A stretch of DNA of 64,000 nucleotides from Eledone cirrhosa (GCA_964016885.1 OZ024752.1:47926001-47990000); one strand, 5' to 3'. Shown: positions 12,054-24,437, counted from the stretch's first letter. Notes: generated by a model from the sequence alone, not told the origin. Program-made: numbers and translations.

Positions 12054-12277
12054 GATTGCTTCGAGAACGTAACCTTATTATGTAAGAAGCTGTCTGATGA
12101 GATCACGGCACTGGTTAGGCTGAATTGCGTGGCCAGTGTTGTCATTGAAATATGTATCACAGCCTTAACAATAAAGGACTTAACATCTGAAATTACTTCC
12201 CATTTTCTTATTCTCTCTCTCTCTCTCTTTCTATATATATATGTATAACATATGTATAATATAAATCAAAACATGTC

Positions 12278-12347
12278 CTGAAGAGGACATGTTTTGCTCC
12301 ATGTTATACATAAAACTTTACATCTTTGAAATATATATAATAAAATA
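12278..12347 (+). ncRNA. Minimal hammerhead remnant, family H
   Basis: CUGAAGA...GAAA-UAUAUAUA-AUAAAAUA. The 5' strand of helix I is replaced by a local fold-back (12267-12279 / 12284-12296). Confidence 0.5.
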
Positions 12348-12522
12348 AATAGAGATGATATAGAGTATTTATCTTTCGTTTATTACTATTATATATATAT
12401 ATATATCCATATGTGGTTGTTAACTGAAGGAAAAGAGTACTCAATACTGAAATGGAGTTTAAATATTCATTTTATTGAGGCTAAATGGTGAGTCTTGTTA
12501 TTCTGGCATTTTGCCTGTTTAT

Positions 12523-12564
<42 letters not shown>

Positions 12565-12782
12565 CAAAAAGTTTATATGGTTTGTTGATTATTCAACAAA
12601 TTCAATTTTACAATAGATTAGAAGCACCCGACAGGTATTTATCTGGAGTAACTATAATATTATTCAAAATATTAATAAATGAGAAATATCATAACCAAAG
12701 TATATATTTTATACATTCTATTTTATTTTCCTGCCACTACAGGAAATGATGATTCAAGTACCTTAGCAGTATACATATATAC

Positions 12783-12832
<50 letters not shown>

Positions 12833-12833
<1 letters not shown>

Positions 12834-12980
12834 AATGGCTTCTACAGGACTAGAACTGTTTCATTCAAAGGAAATCATCAGGAAAAGCTTTTCTAAATTA
12901 AATATTGAAATATTGTTTACACTCTACTATGTATTGAGTACCTTACTTACTGTGGTTACCCCCCGATTGAACCGAGGATA
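12833..12980. mobile_element. (TA)n/(GA)n-inserted element, family B, with 5' inversion
   Basis: A minus-strand segment CUGAUGA-UUUC-CUUU-GAAU-GAAACAGUUC is joined to a plus-strand GTATTGAGTACC tail. Homologues at 15619, 16875 and 23167. Confidence 0.65.
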
Positions 12981-13008
12981 CACACACATACATACATACA
13001 TATATATA

Positions 13009-13050
<42 letters not shown>

Positions 13051-13357
13051 CTAGTGCTACCATGAGGGTGGATGAAGGTTATAAATTCTACACTCTACCC
13101 TCAAAGGTTATCTATGGTTATATTACATAATATAATCCTACATTCACAATAAGTAGGATGGTCTTAGTTGGAATGTCTTTGAATAACAATATAATAGTCT
13201 GAATGTTATGTTAACAGTTATAAGGACACAAGACCACAATAGGAGATATTTTAGTTCAATTTTCACCAATAGACCCTTAGTTGATTCCATTGCAAGGATC
13301 TGTTCCTGGTTCCTGGTTTGAATATAAGTTCCTGTCGCCAAACTTAGAGGCCCTGAA

Positions 13358-13550
13358 AATAATAATTGTTTCTACTTTTGGCACAAGGCCATCAATTACC
13401 CAGTGCATTACTGGTACTTTATTTTATCGACCCCGTGAGGATGAAAGGCAAAGTTATCCTCGGCAGGATTTGAACTAAGACAGTAAAGGGACGTAATTAT
13501 GCTGGAAAGCATGGTGTCTGAGCCTCTACCGATACTGCCAATCCAAGCCC
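13358..13550 (-). mobile_element. Full-length SINE S1 with TSD
   Basis: Homologous to 10332-10523. The direct repeat CCCTGAAAATAATAAT occurs on both sides. Confidence 0.85.
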
Positions 13551-13890
13551 CTGAAAATAATAATGAACACTGACCCTCCCCCTGGCTAAACCATTAAGAA
13601 ATGCACTGGGACAGAGTTGATCAAATCAAAAATACCTGTAGTATGAGTGGAATGAGACAGCGAGGGACTTCATACCTGAGAAATGTATAACAAAACATAG
13701 GTGTAGGATTTTATGCAAGTATATAGTCATGGCTGTGTGATTCACTAGATAATTCCATAGTCAGGTGGGTGTGGGTTCAGTCCCACTGCACAACACCTTG
13801 GGCAAGTATTTCTACTCTCGCTTTAGAGTGTGTGTATTAGAAAAAGAAAGTGTGAGTGAATCAGGTGAGTGCATGTGTGTATGTGTATAT

Positions 13891-14200
13891 ATCATCATCA
13901 TCATCATTCGTCGACTACTGTCGAGATGATGGATCTCACTCTCGTGCCCCAGAATCCCCTGTCCCCCATCGCTGCCCCCAGGTCCTGTCTACTGATTCCC
14001 GTATCCCTAGAGATAACATCAGGGAATGACAGCTTCCTACTCCTAGTCAGGCTGGAGTCAGGGTTCCAGAGCAAGAGAGCAGATATGGTTTCATTGCTGG
14101 CACGGTGACAGTGGCCAGTAAATTGAGCTCTCCGGGATTTTAGAAGGGCAGAGGCTCGAGGGAGTTTGCCAGTATATATACTTGCAAGAGACGTCAACAT
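13891..14200 (-). mobile_element. RTE-clade LINE (third family) C-terminal fragment
   Basis: GKLPRASALLKSRRAQFTGHCHR...ISALLLWNP...DTG...AMGDRGFW matches the RTE C-terminal pattern RRxxFxGHxxR, LLWxP, MxDRxxW. The stop runs into a (TGA)n tail. Confidence 0.8.
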
Positions 14201-14285
14201 GAATGGACCTATTATTTTTATCTGAAGACATTTTTTCCAATTCCATCCCGCCCGTCCCCTTAATCTATTTTATTTCTCATTCTTT

Positions 14286-14319
14286 CTTCTGATGAAGGAC
14301 TAGCGTCCGAAACGTTAAG
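14286..14319 (+). ncRNA. Minimal type I hammerhead ribozyme
   Basis: CUU-CUGAUGA-A-GGAC(UAGC)GUCC-GAAA-CGUU-AAG gives helix I CUU/AAG, a 4-bp helix II and a palindromic ACGU helix III. Confidence 0.75.
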
Positions 14320-14428
14320 CCCCTCTTCCTGCTATATCAAGCCTTAACCTAATATATACCTTCCATATACTGTACCGATTGTGTTGTTATTTCTGTTTAC
14401 CCTTTACATACATATATATATATGTGTG

Positions 14429-14481
<53 letters not shown>

Positions 14482-14483
<2 letters not shown>

Positions 14484-14742
14484 TCGAGGTCGTGTAGGTG
14501 TCACGACAAAAAACACACAGTCCACACTGTAATGTGGCTGTGTAGGTAAGACGGTAAAAAGTTCCCAGTCCACACTGTAAAAGTGCTTGGTGTTAGGAAG
14601 AGAATCCAACCATAGAAAACCTGCCAGACAGTCCTATATGAGCGAGACATGGTCACCCGACCAACCTTGCCTCAAGTGGGACAACTCCCGTCTAACCCAT
14701 GCTAGCGTGGAAGATGGACATTAAACGGAGATGATGATGATA
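14482..14742 (+). mobile_element. RTE-tailed SINE / bipartite element variant
   Basis: CAGTCCACACTGTAA...TTAGGAAG...CCCGTCTAACCCATGCTAGCGTGGAAG followed by (GAT)n. Homologues at 9865-10010, 40135-40365, 43540-44255 and 58675-58890. Confidence 0.8.
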
Positions 14743-14749
14743 TGATGAT

Positions 14750-14878
14750 ATGAATATATATATATACATATATATATGAATATATATCTATATATATATA
14801 TAAATGAATATATATATATATAAATGAATATATATATATCTATATATATATATAAATGAATATATATATATATAAATG

Positions 14879-14909
<31 letters not shown>

Positions 14910-15076
14910 GAATATATATATATATAAATGAATATATATATATATATAAATGAATATATATATATATAAATGAATATATATATATATAAATGAATATATA
15001 TATATATATATAAATGAATATATATATATATAAATGAATATATATATATATATAAATGAATATATATATATATAAA

Positions 15077-15113
<37 letters not shown>

Positions 15114-15140
15114 GAATATATATATATATATATATATATG
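14750..15140. repeat. AAATGAA(TA)n compound minisatellite
   Basis: The repeat unit is directly visible. Confidence 0.9.
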
Positions 15141-15225
15141 TGTGTAAATGAAGTAATTCCGTCGGAAAGGTCCAGGAAAAAAGAGTGCTCTATGTAGGTA
15201 ACAGAGCTTAATAACTATATATATA

Positions 15226-15311
<86 letters not shown>

Positions 15312-15618
15312 GAGAGAGAGAACGAGGGACTATGTAGCAGAGCTGAAGAGATTAACTAACAACAGCAGAAGCAGCTGTGATTGTGTCTGTGTGTCAGACA
15401 CTGTTGAAAACAGAATCTGTTCACCCGTTTCTGTCATTATGAAAGACTATTAACTATGAGCATATCTCTATAGCTGTGTGTATTATTGTACAGCTTTCTG
15501 TCATTAGACAACAGTCATGCTGGGGTGTACACACACACACTCACATACGCATGCACATGCGTATGTGAGTGTGTGTGTGTATGTATATATATGTGTGCGT
15601 GTGTGTGTGTGTGTGTAT

Positions 15619-15815
15619 CCTGGATTCAATCAGGGGGGTAACCGTAGTAAGTAAGGTACTCAATACATAGTAGAGTATAAATATTTAATATAGGAAAGGC
15701 TTCTACAGGACTAGAACTGTTTCATTTGGGAGAAATCATCAGGGCTTCCTGATGATATGATTTGTCCCGAATGAAACAGTTCTAGTCCTGTACAGGTCAT
15801 TTCTATATTAAATAT
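15619..15815 (-). mobile_element. Family B fold-back copy
   Basis: Arms ~15681-15743 and ~15748-15815, each containing CTGATGA...GAAACAGTTC. Confidence 0.7.
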
Positions 15816-15848
15816 ATATATGTATATATATATGTGTGTGTGTATCAG

Positions 15849-16008
15849 AATGGTGGTGGTAAAACCAGTTAGACCATTACTCACCAGAGTACTCAATACT
15901 TGGGGTAGTAGAGTGGGTAATATGTAAAATTCAGGACCCTGATGGCGTTCGGATCTAGCTTTTGAAACAGCCAGAGCTCAGCCATCAGGGTCCTGAGTTT
16001 TTCATATA
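15849..16008 (-). mobile_element. Family A (subfamily 2) fold-back copy
   Basis: CAGGACCCTGATGGC / GCCATCAGGGTCCTG arms and the GAGTACTCAATAC motif. Confidence 0.7.
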
Positions 16009-16223
16009 TATATGTATATATATATAATGTATTCATATATATATGTATACATATATGTATATATATATATATGTATATATATGCATATATATATATAATG
16101 TAGGAGGTGAGTTTTATTGTAGTACAATAAGGCAATGCAGATATCGGTTAAGTAGCACTCTACAGTTTGTAGGACTGGAGTATAAATAATATAAGATCAA
16201 AAGATGGTTAAAAGAGTTCCATG

Positions 16224-16294
16224 TATTTTATTATGCGCATTTCAAAAACAAATATCATCATGCGATGACATTTGCGTTTTCGTCAGATAAACTA
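16224..16294 (-). ncRNA. Minimal type I hammerhead ribozyme (mirror copy)
   Basis: Reverse complement of the 16413-16483 motif, with a few substitutions. Confidence 0.75.
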
Positions 16295-16412
16295 GAGATA
16301 CATGATATGAAGGTTAAAAAACACTTGTGAATAGTGAAGTTTTAAATCAACATATGTTGATTTAAAACTTTACTATTCACAAGTGTTTTTTAATCTTCAT
16401 ATCATGTCTCCC

Positions 16413-16483
16413 TATTTTATCTGACGAAAACGCAAATGTCATCTCATAATGATATTTGTTTTTGAAATGCGCATAATAAAATA
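16413..16483 (+). ncRNA. Minimal type I hammerhead ribozyme
   Basis: UAUUUUAU-CUGACGA-[AAAC GCAAAUGUCAU/AUGAUAUUUGU UUUU]-GAAA-UGCGCA-UA-AUAAAAUA gives an 8-bp helix I, a long helix II and a palindromic AUGCGCAU helix III. Confidence 0.85.
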
Positions 16484-16511
16484 CATGGAACTCTTTTAAC
16501 CATCTTTTGAT

Positions 16512-16563
<52 letters not shown>

Positions 16564-16566
<3 letters not shown>

Positions 16567-16702
16567 GCGCTGCGGAGTTGCAAATGGGTTACATATGAAA
16601 AAAGTTTGTCCTTCATCAGTGATCTTCCAACCATCATAGGCATTTCATTGCTTTAAAGACCATATACCTCCGGTTGGTGCGAGCAACGGCTAAAAAAAGT
16701 CG

Positions 16703-16704
<2 letters not shown>
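16564..16704 (-). mobile_element. Family P second copy (permuted hammerhead-like core)
   Basis: Diverged homologue of 5501-5640 between (TA)n tracts: GGUAU-A-UGGUCUU...GAA-AUGCC...AAGAUCA-CUGAUGA. Confidence 0.7.
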
Positions 16705-16753
<49 letters not shown>

Positions 16754-17344
16754 TTAACGAGATATCGTTTAAGGTGCTAATGAAACAATGGTTAATACTT
16801 TGAATAAACCCTATTGTACAGCCGACCACATTATTACTCACTCATTTACTATATATAAACACACGTGTGTGTAGTAGGTAGGATTCCTATGTAAATCGGG
16901 AGGTGACCACTGTCAAAAAAAGATACTCAATACATTAGAAGAGCATAGGTATATTCATTTTATTATAGAAATGACTTCTACAGGACTAGAACTGTTTCAT
17001 TTATAAGAAATCTCTCTATTTTCCCATGGTTGCATGAGTTAGACAGGTTGCCATGTCATGGGACAAGTCAGGTCAAGTTACCAGCTTCTAGCTCATACAG
17101 ATGAGTATTTTGATGAAGTTCCTACAGCTGGATGTCTTTTCTAATGTCAACCACATTACAGGGTGGACTGGGTGCTTTTTATTGTGGCACTAAAACAACC
17201 ATTTAACAGGGTAGACTGGGTGATTTTGGAAAATCAGCACCAACAATAAAATTCATACAACACACAGGATGAGTGCTTGAATTCTGAGAACTTTCTGGCT
17301 CACAGATCTCAATATCTCAATATCTTCCTTTAGGGCAAACTACA

Positions 17345-17688
17345 GAGTACCTGACCTCCCATGGGTACAAGCTGAAGCATATAGACAATATGCCCCCACA
17401 CCCACCACTGCAAGGTGGTCGTGGAGGTGCCACGGCAAAAAAGCACCCAGCCCACACTGTAAAGTGGACGTGTAGGTGCCACGAAAAAGCACCCAGCACT
17501 CACTGTAAATGAGGTTGGTGTTAGGAAGGGCATCCAGCTGTAGAAATCAAGCCAGATCAGTTCCTGTATGAGCAAGGCATGGTCAGCCAACCAGACACTG
17601 CCCACAACAGGACAACCCGTCTAACCCATGCTAGCGTGGAAGAACGGACGTAAAACGGTGATGATGATGATGATGATGATGATGATGA
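17345..17688 (+). mobile_element. RTE LINE 3' end (same family as 41.3-43.3 kb)
   Basis: Near-identical to 43000-43337. Confidence 0.9.
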
Positions 17689-17837
17689 GGGCATTCACAC
17701 CTAGAATACTGTTGCTCCAAGTACCCCCACATATCCAACAAATGATTCCATTCCATTTTGAACTGTATAAAATGCTACTAAATATATATACATATACATA
17801 CATATATACATACACATATGCATATACATACACATAT

Positions 17838-17952
17838 GCTTGAGCTCTGCCGTCGGGGTCATACTTTTTCCTATTCCCACTCTACTACCCTAAGTATTGA
17901 GTACTCTGGTGAGTTATGGTCCATTTGGTTCCTTACCACAAATCCTTTGTCA
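17838..17952 (+). mobile_element. Family A simple (non-palindromic) truncated copy
   Basis: Reverse complement of 61259-61375. Confidence 0.75.
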
Positions 17953-18619
17953 TATATATATATATACACATATACATACATATATGCACACATATATATA
18001 TAATCTGTCAAAGAACACTTTATCTAGGCATCTATCTAAATATCTTCACCTGTCAATCAATCTTTATCAATAGTCATCAGTCGACCAATCTATCATTCTA
18101 CCCAACACACTGCCGTCCCCCCCCCCTATCTGAAGCCATCTTTAATTTTACCTTTAACACAAATCTATTTCTATCAAGGCTCATTCTTATTCTCTCTCAT
18201 CTTGTTGAAACCTTTCCCTATTATCTCTCTTACATGAAGCAATTCACTTCCAATTCTGTTATATTATACAACCTACAACACCCAACACCCACCGCATACA
18301 CTATATATATATATATATATGGTGGCTGCCAACTCGTTTTCGAGTACGGCCACTACTTTATATCCATGTAGGAGAACCCCTACCGAAGCGCTGAACGAGT
18401 GTGACTTTTTAGTCCAGCCAGCGACTTGAAAACTCTGGTACAAACACTACACTTGTGACAATTATTGACACATAGTGCTGGGCCCATGGTACGATGTGAT
18501 GACAAGTGCAGAGAGATCTCCAGATATAAAGCAATGCCTGTGCCGTGGAGCTTTTATAGTGAGCAAAGGCACTGCACAAAGCCAGTCCCACTCTCTTAAC
18601 CAAGATGATATTTACCAAA

Positions 18620-20455
18620 AAGATATATATATACACGCACACACACACATATACATACACACACTCACATATTCACACAAATACAAATACATATACACAT
18701 GCATATATAGACATATAATATATATATACATAAACATACATACATTTAAATGCACACACATAAAGACACACACACAGCGATATATATATATATATAAACA
18801 TACATATAAATACACACACATATTTATATATATATATACACACACACACATTCACATGCATGCATATTCACACAAACACAAATACATATACACATGCATA
18901 TATAGACATATAATATATATGTACATAAACATACATACATGTAAATGCACACACATAAAGACATACACACACAGCTATATATATATAAACATACATATAA
19001 ATACACACACATATTTATATATATATATATATATACACATATACATATACACACACACATTCACATGCATGCATATTCACACAAACACATACACATATAC
19101 ACATACACATATACACATGCATATATAGACATATAATAAGACACACACACAGAGCTATATATATATATATAAACATACATATAAATACACACACATATTT
19201 ATATATATATATATACACATATACATATACACACACACATTCACATGCATGCATATTCACACAAACACATACATATATACACATGCATATATAGACATAT
19301 AATATATATATACATAAACATACATATAAATGCACACACAAAGACACACACACACAGCTATATATATATAAACATACATATAAATACACACACATATTTA
19401 TATATATATATATATACACATATACATACACACACACACATTCACATGCATGCATATTCACACAAACACAAATACATATACACATGCATATATAGACATA
19501 TATAATATATAAACATACATACATATAAATGCACACATACACAGCTATATATATATAAACATACATATAAATACACACACATATTTATATATATATATAT
19601 ATACACATATACATACACACACACACATTCACATGCATGCATATTCACACAAACACAAATACATATACACATGCATATATAGACATATATAATATATAAA
19701 CATACATACATATAAATGCACACATACACAGCTATATATATATAAACATACATATAAATACACACACATATTTATATATATATATATATACACATATACA
19801 TATACACACACACATTCACATGCATGCATATTCACACAAACACAAATACATATACACATGCATTGCATATATAGACATATATAATATATATACATAAACA
19901 TACATACATATAAATGCACACATACACAGCTATATATATATAAACATACATATAAATACACACACATATTTATATATATATATACACATATACATATACA
20001 CACACACATTCACATGCATGCATATTCACACAAACACAAATACATATACACATGCATTGCATATATAGACATATATAATATATATACATAAACATACATA
20101 CATATAAATGCACACACATAAAGACACACACACAGCTATATATATATATATATATAAACATACATATAAATATACACACATATTTATATATATATACACA
20201 TATACATATACACACACACATTCACATGCATGCATATATAGACATATAATATATATATACATAAACATACATACATATAAATGCACACACATAAAGACAC
20301 ACACACATACAGCTATATATATATAAACATACATATAAATACACACACACATTTATATATATATATATATATACATATACACACACACATTCACATGCAT
20401 GCATATTCACACAAACACATACATATATACACATGCATATATAGACATATAGTAA

Positions 20456-20460
<5 letters not shown>
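18620..20460. repeat. Complex ~120-140-bp CA/TA-rich minisatellite
   Basis: The anchors TTCACATGCATGCATATTCACACAAACAC and CAGCTATATA recur about a dozen times. Confidence 0.9.
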
Positions 20461-20499
<39 letters not shown>

Positions 20500-20654
20500 A
20501 AGGTATGTGTCCCTACATGTAATTAATCCACACATGGATACATGTATAGTCTGACTGTATGCCAGTGTTTACACTCCCTTGAGTATATATATATATATAT
20601 ATATATATGCATAAACATACATACATATAAATGCATACACGAAGACACACACCC

Positions 20655-20696
<42 letters not shown>

Positions 20697-20806
20697 CCTG
20701 CCAACTACTTCCTTTTAATTACTTCTGTGGATTACTATAATATTATCATAATTAAAAAAAAAAATCACCACCACCCCATAACCATCCTGCTGTCATTACT
20801 ACCACC

Positions 20807-20855
<49 letters not shown>

Positions 20856-21118
20856 AAATCACAAACTCACCACTACAGGTCATCCATGCTAGGGGCCCTT
20901 TATATGGTTGTGTGGTCTGTTAGAAGAAGTAGGCATAACACTTCCTAAAATCACACACACACACTACTGTCTTGCTAAAGGAATTCAGACTTTGGATAAC
21001 CTGGACCATATACTCCATCAGTAGGCCCTTAACTCCTGAGTGTAGAGGTGAGAAAGAGAGATAGAGGATGAGTTAGCCCCCAATACTGGGCTGGTATTGT
21101 ATTTATCAACTTCTAAAG

Positions 21119-21266
21119 CAGGCATGTCAAACTGATGGTCACCCCAAGGGCCAGATGGGTCACATATGTGTTGCCACACACAACTAATTGTGCACCTTTA
21201 TGTGGGCCACAGGTGTGCTTGTAAAGCGTAGCATGTGGCCCCAAGGCCACATGTTGTATATACCTG
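21119..21266. mobile_element. hAT-like MITE
   Basis: Ends CAGGCATGTCAAAC and GTTGTATATACCTG. Exact 8-bp TSD TTCTAAAG at 21111-21118 and 21267-21274. Confidence 0.75.
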
Positions 21267-21614
21267 TTCTAAAGGACAAAAGACGAAGGTGACCAAGGCA
21301 GGATCTGAACTCAAAGTGCAAAACGCTCAAACAAATATGGCAAAGTATTCTGTCCAGGTGCCCTAAATATTCCGCCAATGCAATGCCTTTTCTACAACAT
21401 AAGCTGAGAATTGACAGAGTGATTAGAAGGTCAGATAGAATGATTCGGAGTATTTGTTTTGGCTCCCTTATTCCGCAACCAGAAACAATAAATCCCAGCT
21501 TGGAAATTCGTTTTGTTTGTACAACAATGCAGGCAGAGTCTTTAGAACGTCTGATAGAATGCTTTATGGTATTCATTTTGGCTTTCTGCTCTCTGACATT
21601 TGTATATTATTCTA

Positions 21615-21937
21615 AGGTGTACTACAACTCATCAAAGGTGCATGTATAGTACATAGAATAATTGTTTCTACGTTAGGCACAAGGCCAGCAATTACCCAGT
21701 GTATTACTGGTACTTTATTTTATCGACCCCGTAAGGATGAAAGGCAAAGTTAACCTCGGAGTTCAAATCCTGCCGAAGTTAAGTTTGCCTTTCATCCTTA
21801 CGGGGTCGATAAAATAAAGTATCAGTAATACACTGGGTAATTGCTGGCCTTGTGCCTAACGTAGAAACAATTATTCTATGTACTATACATGCACCTTTGA
21901 CGAGTTGTAGTGCACCTGAGCACTTTACACAATAATT

Positions 21938-21989
<52 letters not shown>

Positions 21990-21990
21990 C
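21615..21990 (+). mobile_element. Palindromic chimeric insertion: SINE S1 3' half fused to the CR1 3' tail
   Basis: Arms 21615-21759 and 21773-21917. The CR1 part matches 3555-3628, and an (ATT)n tail follows. Confidence 0.8.
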
Positions 21991-22412
21991 ATCCTGCCAA
22001 GATCAACTTTGCCTTACATCCATTCAAGGTCAATAAAAAAAGTACCAGTTAAGTACTGGGGACGATTCTTACTCTACATCTCTTTCTCACTCCCATTCTT
22101 TCACTCTATCCTTCTCTGGAGAGGAGATGGGCTCTGCCAGGTTTTAAAATGCCCTAGAAACGCTGTATGTCAATACAGAGTCCCTGTAACTCCCGAGGGA
22201 GGTCCCTGTAACTCCCTCGGGAGTTACAGGGACCTTGCATGGATACATACAACATACCTGGTGGGAATAACAGGATCGTCATGGATGGAACATGTTTGAT
22301 CATAGTTCTGCTAGACTAGTAGTTGGCCTTGGGCTAAACACCACCACAACAACAACAACAACTAACACAACCACCACTACCCCTAGAAGTAGAAGTAGTG
22401 GCATTCATAGTA

Positions 22413-22459
<47 letters not shown>

Positions 22460-22926
22460 ATAGCGGTGATAGTAGTAATAGTAGTAGAAGCAGTGATTGT
22501 TTACAACTGCTTACTAATTGCAGCAGCAGTCACCGAAGAACAAGAGAGTGACACAATCAACTATGTACTCCCCACCGCCATCACCACCACCACCACCACC
22601 ACCACCACCACCACCACCACCACCACCACCACCACCACCACCACCACCACCACCACCACACCACCACCACCACCACCACACCACCACCACCACCACTACC
22701 ATCAGCACCATTAAACCCCTAACATTTGTGACTTGGTGCCAATAAAGAAATGCCTAGCAATATTTTGTTATGTCCCTTTATATACTGATTCCTGATTCCC
22801 TTCATATCTGGTTGATGGCCACGCTGACAATGGGAGTCTTGGTAACTTGAGGCAAAACAAATATCACAAAGAACTTTGTTGGAAGTACATGCATTTTTAT
22901 CTCTCTCTCTCTCTATATATATATAT

Positions 22927-22994
<68 letters not shown>

Positions 22995-23086
22995 GTCCCC
23001 CACCTACCCCCCACTCTCCTGAGCGTGAAATTAATAAACATTTATTGTACTGCCTCTCTGTTTTGTCCCTGTTCAAATTTTTCCAT

Positions 23087-23166
<80 letters not shown>

Positions 23167-23325
23167 AGTTATTCCGGGTTGAATCGGAGGTAACCACAGT
23201 AAGTAAGGTACTCAATACATAGCAGAGTATAACAGTTTTAATATAGATGAGATTCTACATGACTAGATGATTTCTCAAGAATGAAACAGTTCTAGTCATG
23301 TAGAATCTCATCTATATTAAAACTA
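23167..23325 (-). mobile_element. Family B fold-back copy
   Basis: Identical 34-bp arms 23234-23267 and 23291-23324, with (TA)n flanks. Confidence 0.7.
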
Positions 23326-23370
23326 TATATATATATATATATATACATACATATACATATATATATATAT

Positions 23371-23523
23371 ATAGGAAAAGAGTCAGGACCCCGACGGCTG
23401 AGCTCCGGCCCTTTTCGACAGCAAGATCCAAACTGTTCGGATCTACCCACTCTACTACCCTAACTATCGAGTACTCTGGTGCGTTATGGTCTACCTGGTT
23501 TCTTACCACACTTTCCTTGTTTT
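23371..23523 (+). mobile_element. Family A (subfamily 2) copy with inverted 5' part
   Basis: TAGGAAAAG...GATCC segment in the opposite orientation to the ACCCACTCTACTACC...CTTACCAC segment. Confidence 0.7.
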
Positions 23524-23604
23524 ATATATATATAAGATTCCAACAGTAATGGTTGCATTCTTTAAGGGTATGTCAATATTTATTTATAAAACTGCTCTAT
23601 ATTA

Positions 23605-23669
23605 TATTTTATCTGATGAAAGCACACCATAATTTAACTTGATGTCCTTGAAATATGTATAATGAAATA
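23605..23669 (+). ncRNA. Minimal type I hammerhead, family H (within a pLTR-like insert at 23535-23800)
   Basis: UAUUUUAU-CUGAUGA-AAG...CUU-GAAA-UAUGUAUA-AUGAAAUA, with AATAAA and TTGAGTGC downstream. Confidence 0.75.
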
Positions 23670-23819
23670 AATATGGTTTTATAAATATAGTTTCCATTTG
23701 TTAATATCATATTTTTACTCCAAATATGTGTTGAGTGCTTTATATCAGTTATAAAAATATTTGCTTGTTGTATCCCAACAATTTAAATAGAACTTTTACA
23801 TATATATATATATATATAT

Positions 23820-24168
23820 ATCATCATTCATCATCATCATTTCATTTTACGTCTGCTTTTTCCCTGCTTGCAAGGGTGGGACGGGAACTGATTCTGGCTT
23901 GATTTCTACAGCTGGATGCCCTTCCTAACACCAACCTCATTTACAGTGAGTGCTGGGTGCTTTTTTTCCGTAGCACCTCCACGACCACTTTTGCAGTGGA
24001 ATGATATGGACCCCAGTCCCTATCATCTCATTTCTACAGCTGAGTAAACTGGAGCAATGTGAAATAAAGTGTCTTGCTCAAGGAAACAACACATCCCCCG
24101 GTCTGAGAATTGAACTCACAACCTTTTGATTGCAAGACCAATGCTCTAACCACTAAGCCATATGCCTC
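23820..24168 (-). mobile_element. Full-length SINE S2 (tRNA head, CORE/Meta-like body, RTE-derived tail)
   Basis: A box TGGCTTAGTGG, B box GAGTTCAATTC, CCTTGAGCAAGACACTT core and (GAT)n tail. Confidence 0.9.
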
Positions 24169-24254
24169 TCTCTCTCTATATATATATTTAAAGGTTAAAC
24201 AAGGTTCAATGAATAAATCAAAGAATTAGTTTATATACATATATATATACATAT

Positions 24255-24437
24255 ATTGTTATATTTGGGGAGGGTCATATTTGCGTAATATTGCCAGAAT
24301 TAATAACAGAACACACTCACTGTTTGGTTGGTTTTCGCTTCTCGCTGTCTTTTATATCTGCGATCTAACTTACTCGGTCCTCAATGTTGCCATTGACTGA
24401 CTGGCGGTCAAAAATAATACAGATACAATATAGACAC
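24255..24437 (-). mobile_element. Family E pLTR-like fragment
   Basis: Reverse-complement match to 39807-39940, with a GAGTGTG motif near its 3' end. Confidence 0.65.

Larger units (their letters stand above)
16097..16517 (-). mobile_element. Family H element with a 164-bp spacerless palindrome
   Basis: Arms 16190-16353 and 16354-16517, GAGTGC motif on the minus strand at 16155-16160, and (TA)n flanks. Confidence 0.8.

Noticed and set aside
24085-24168. tRNA gene (also 44830-44909, 10332-10425 and 34090-34170)
   Set aside because: A and B boxes are present, but no complete cloverleaf forms and the sequences continue into SINE bodies or are degenerate. They are SINE heads.
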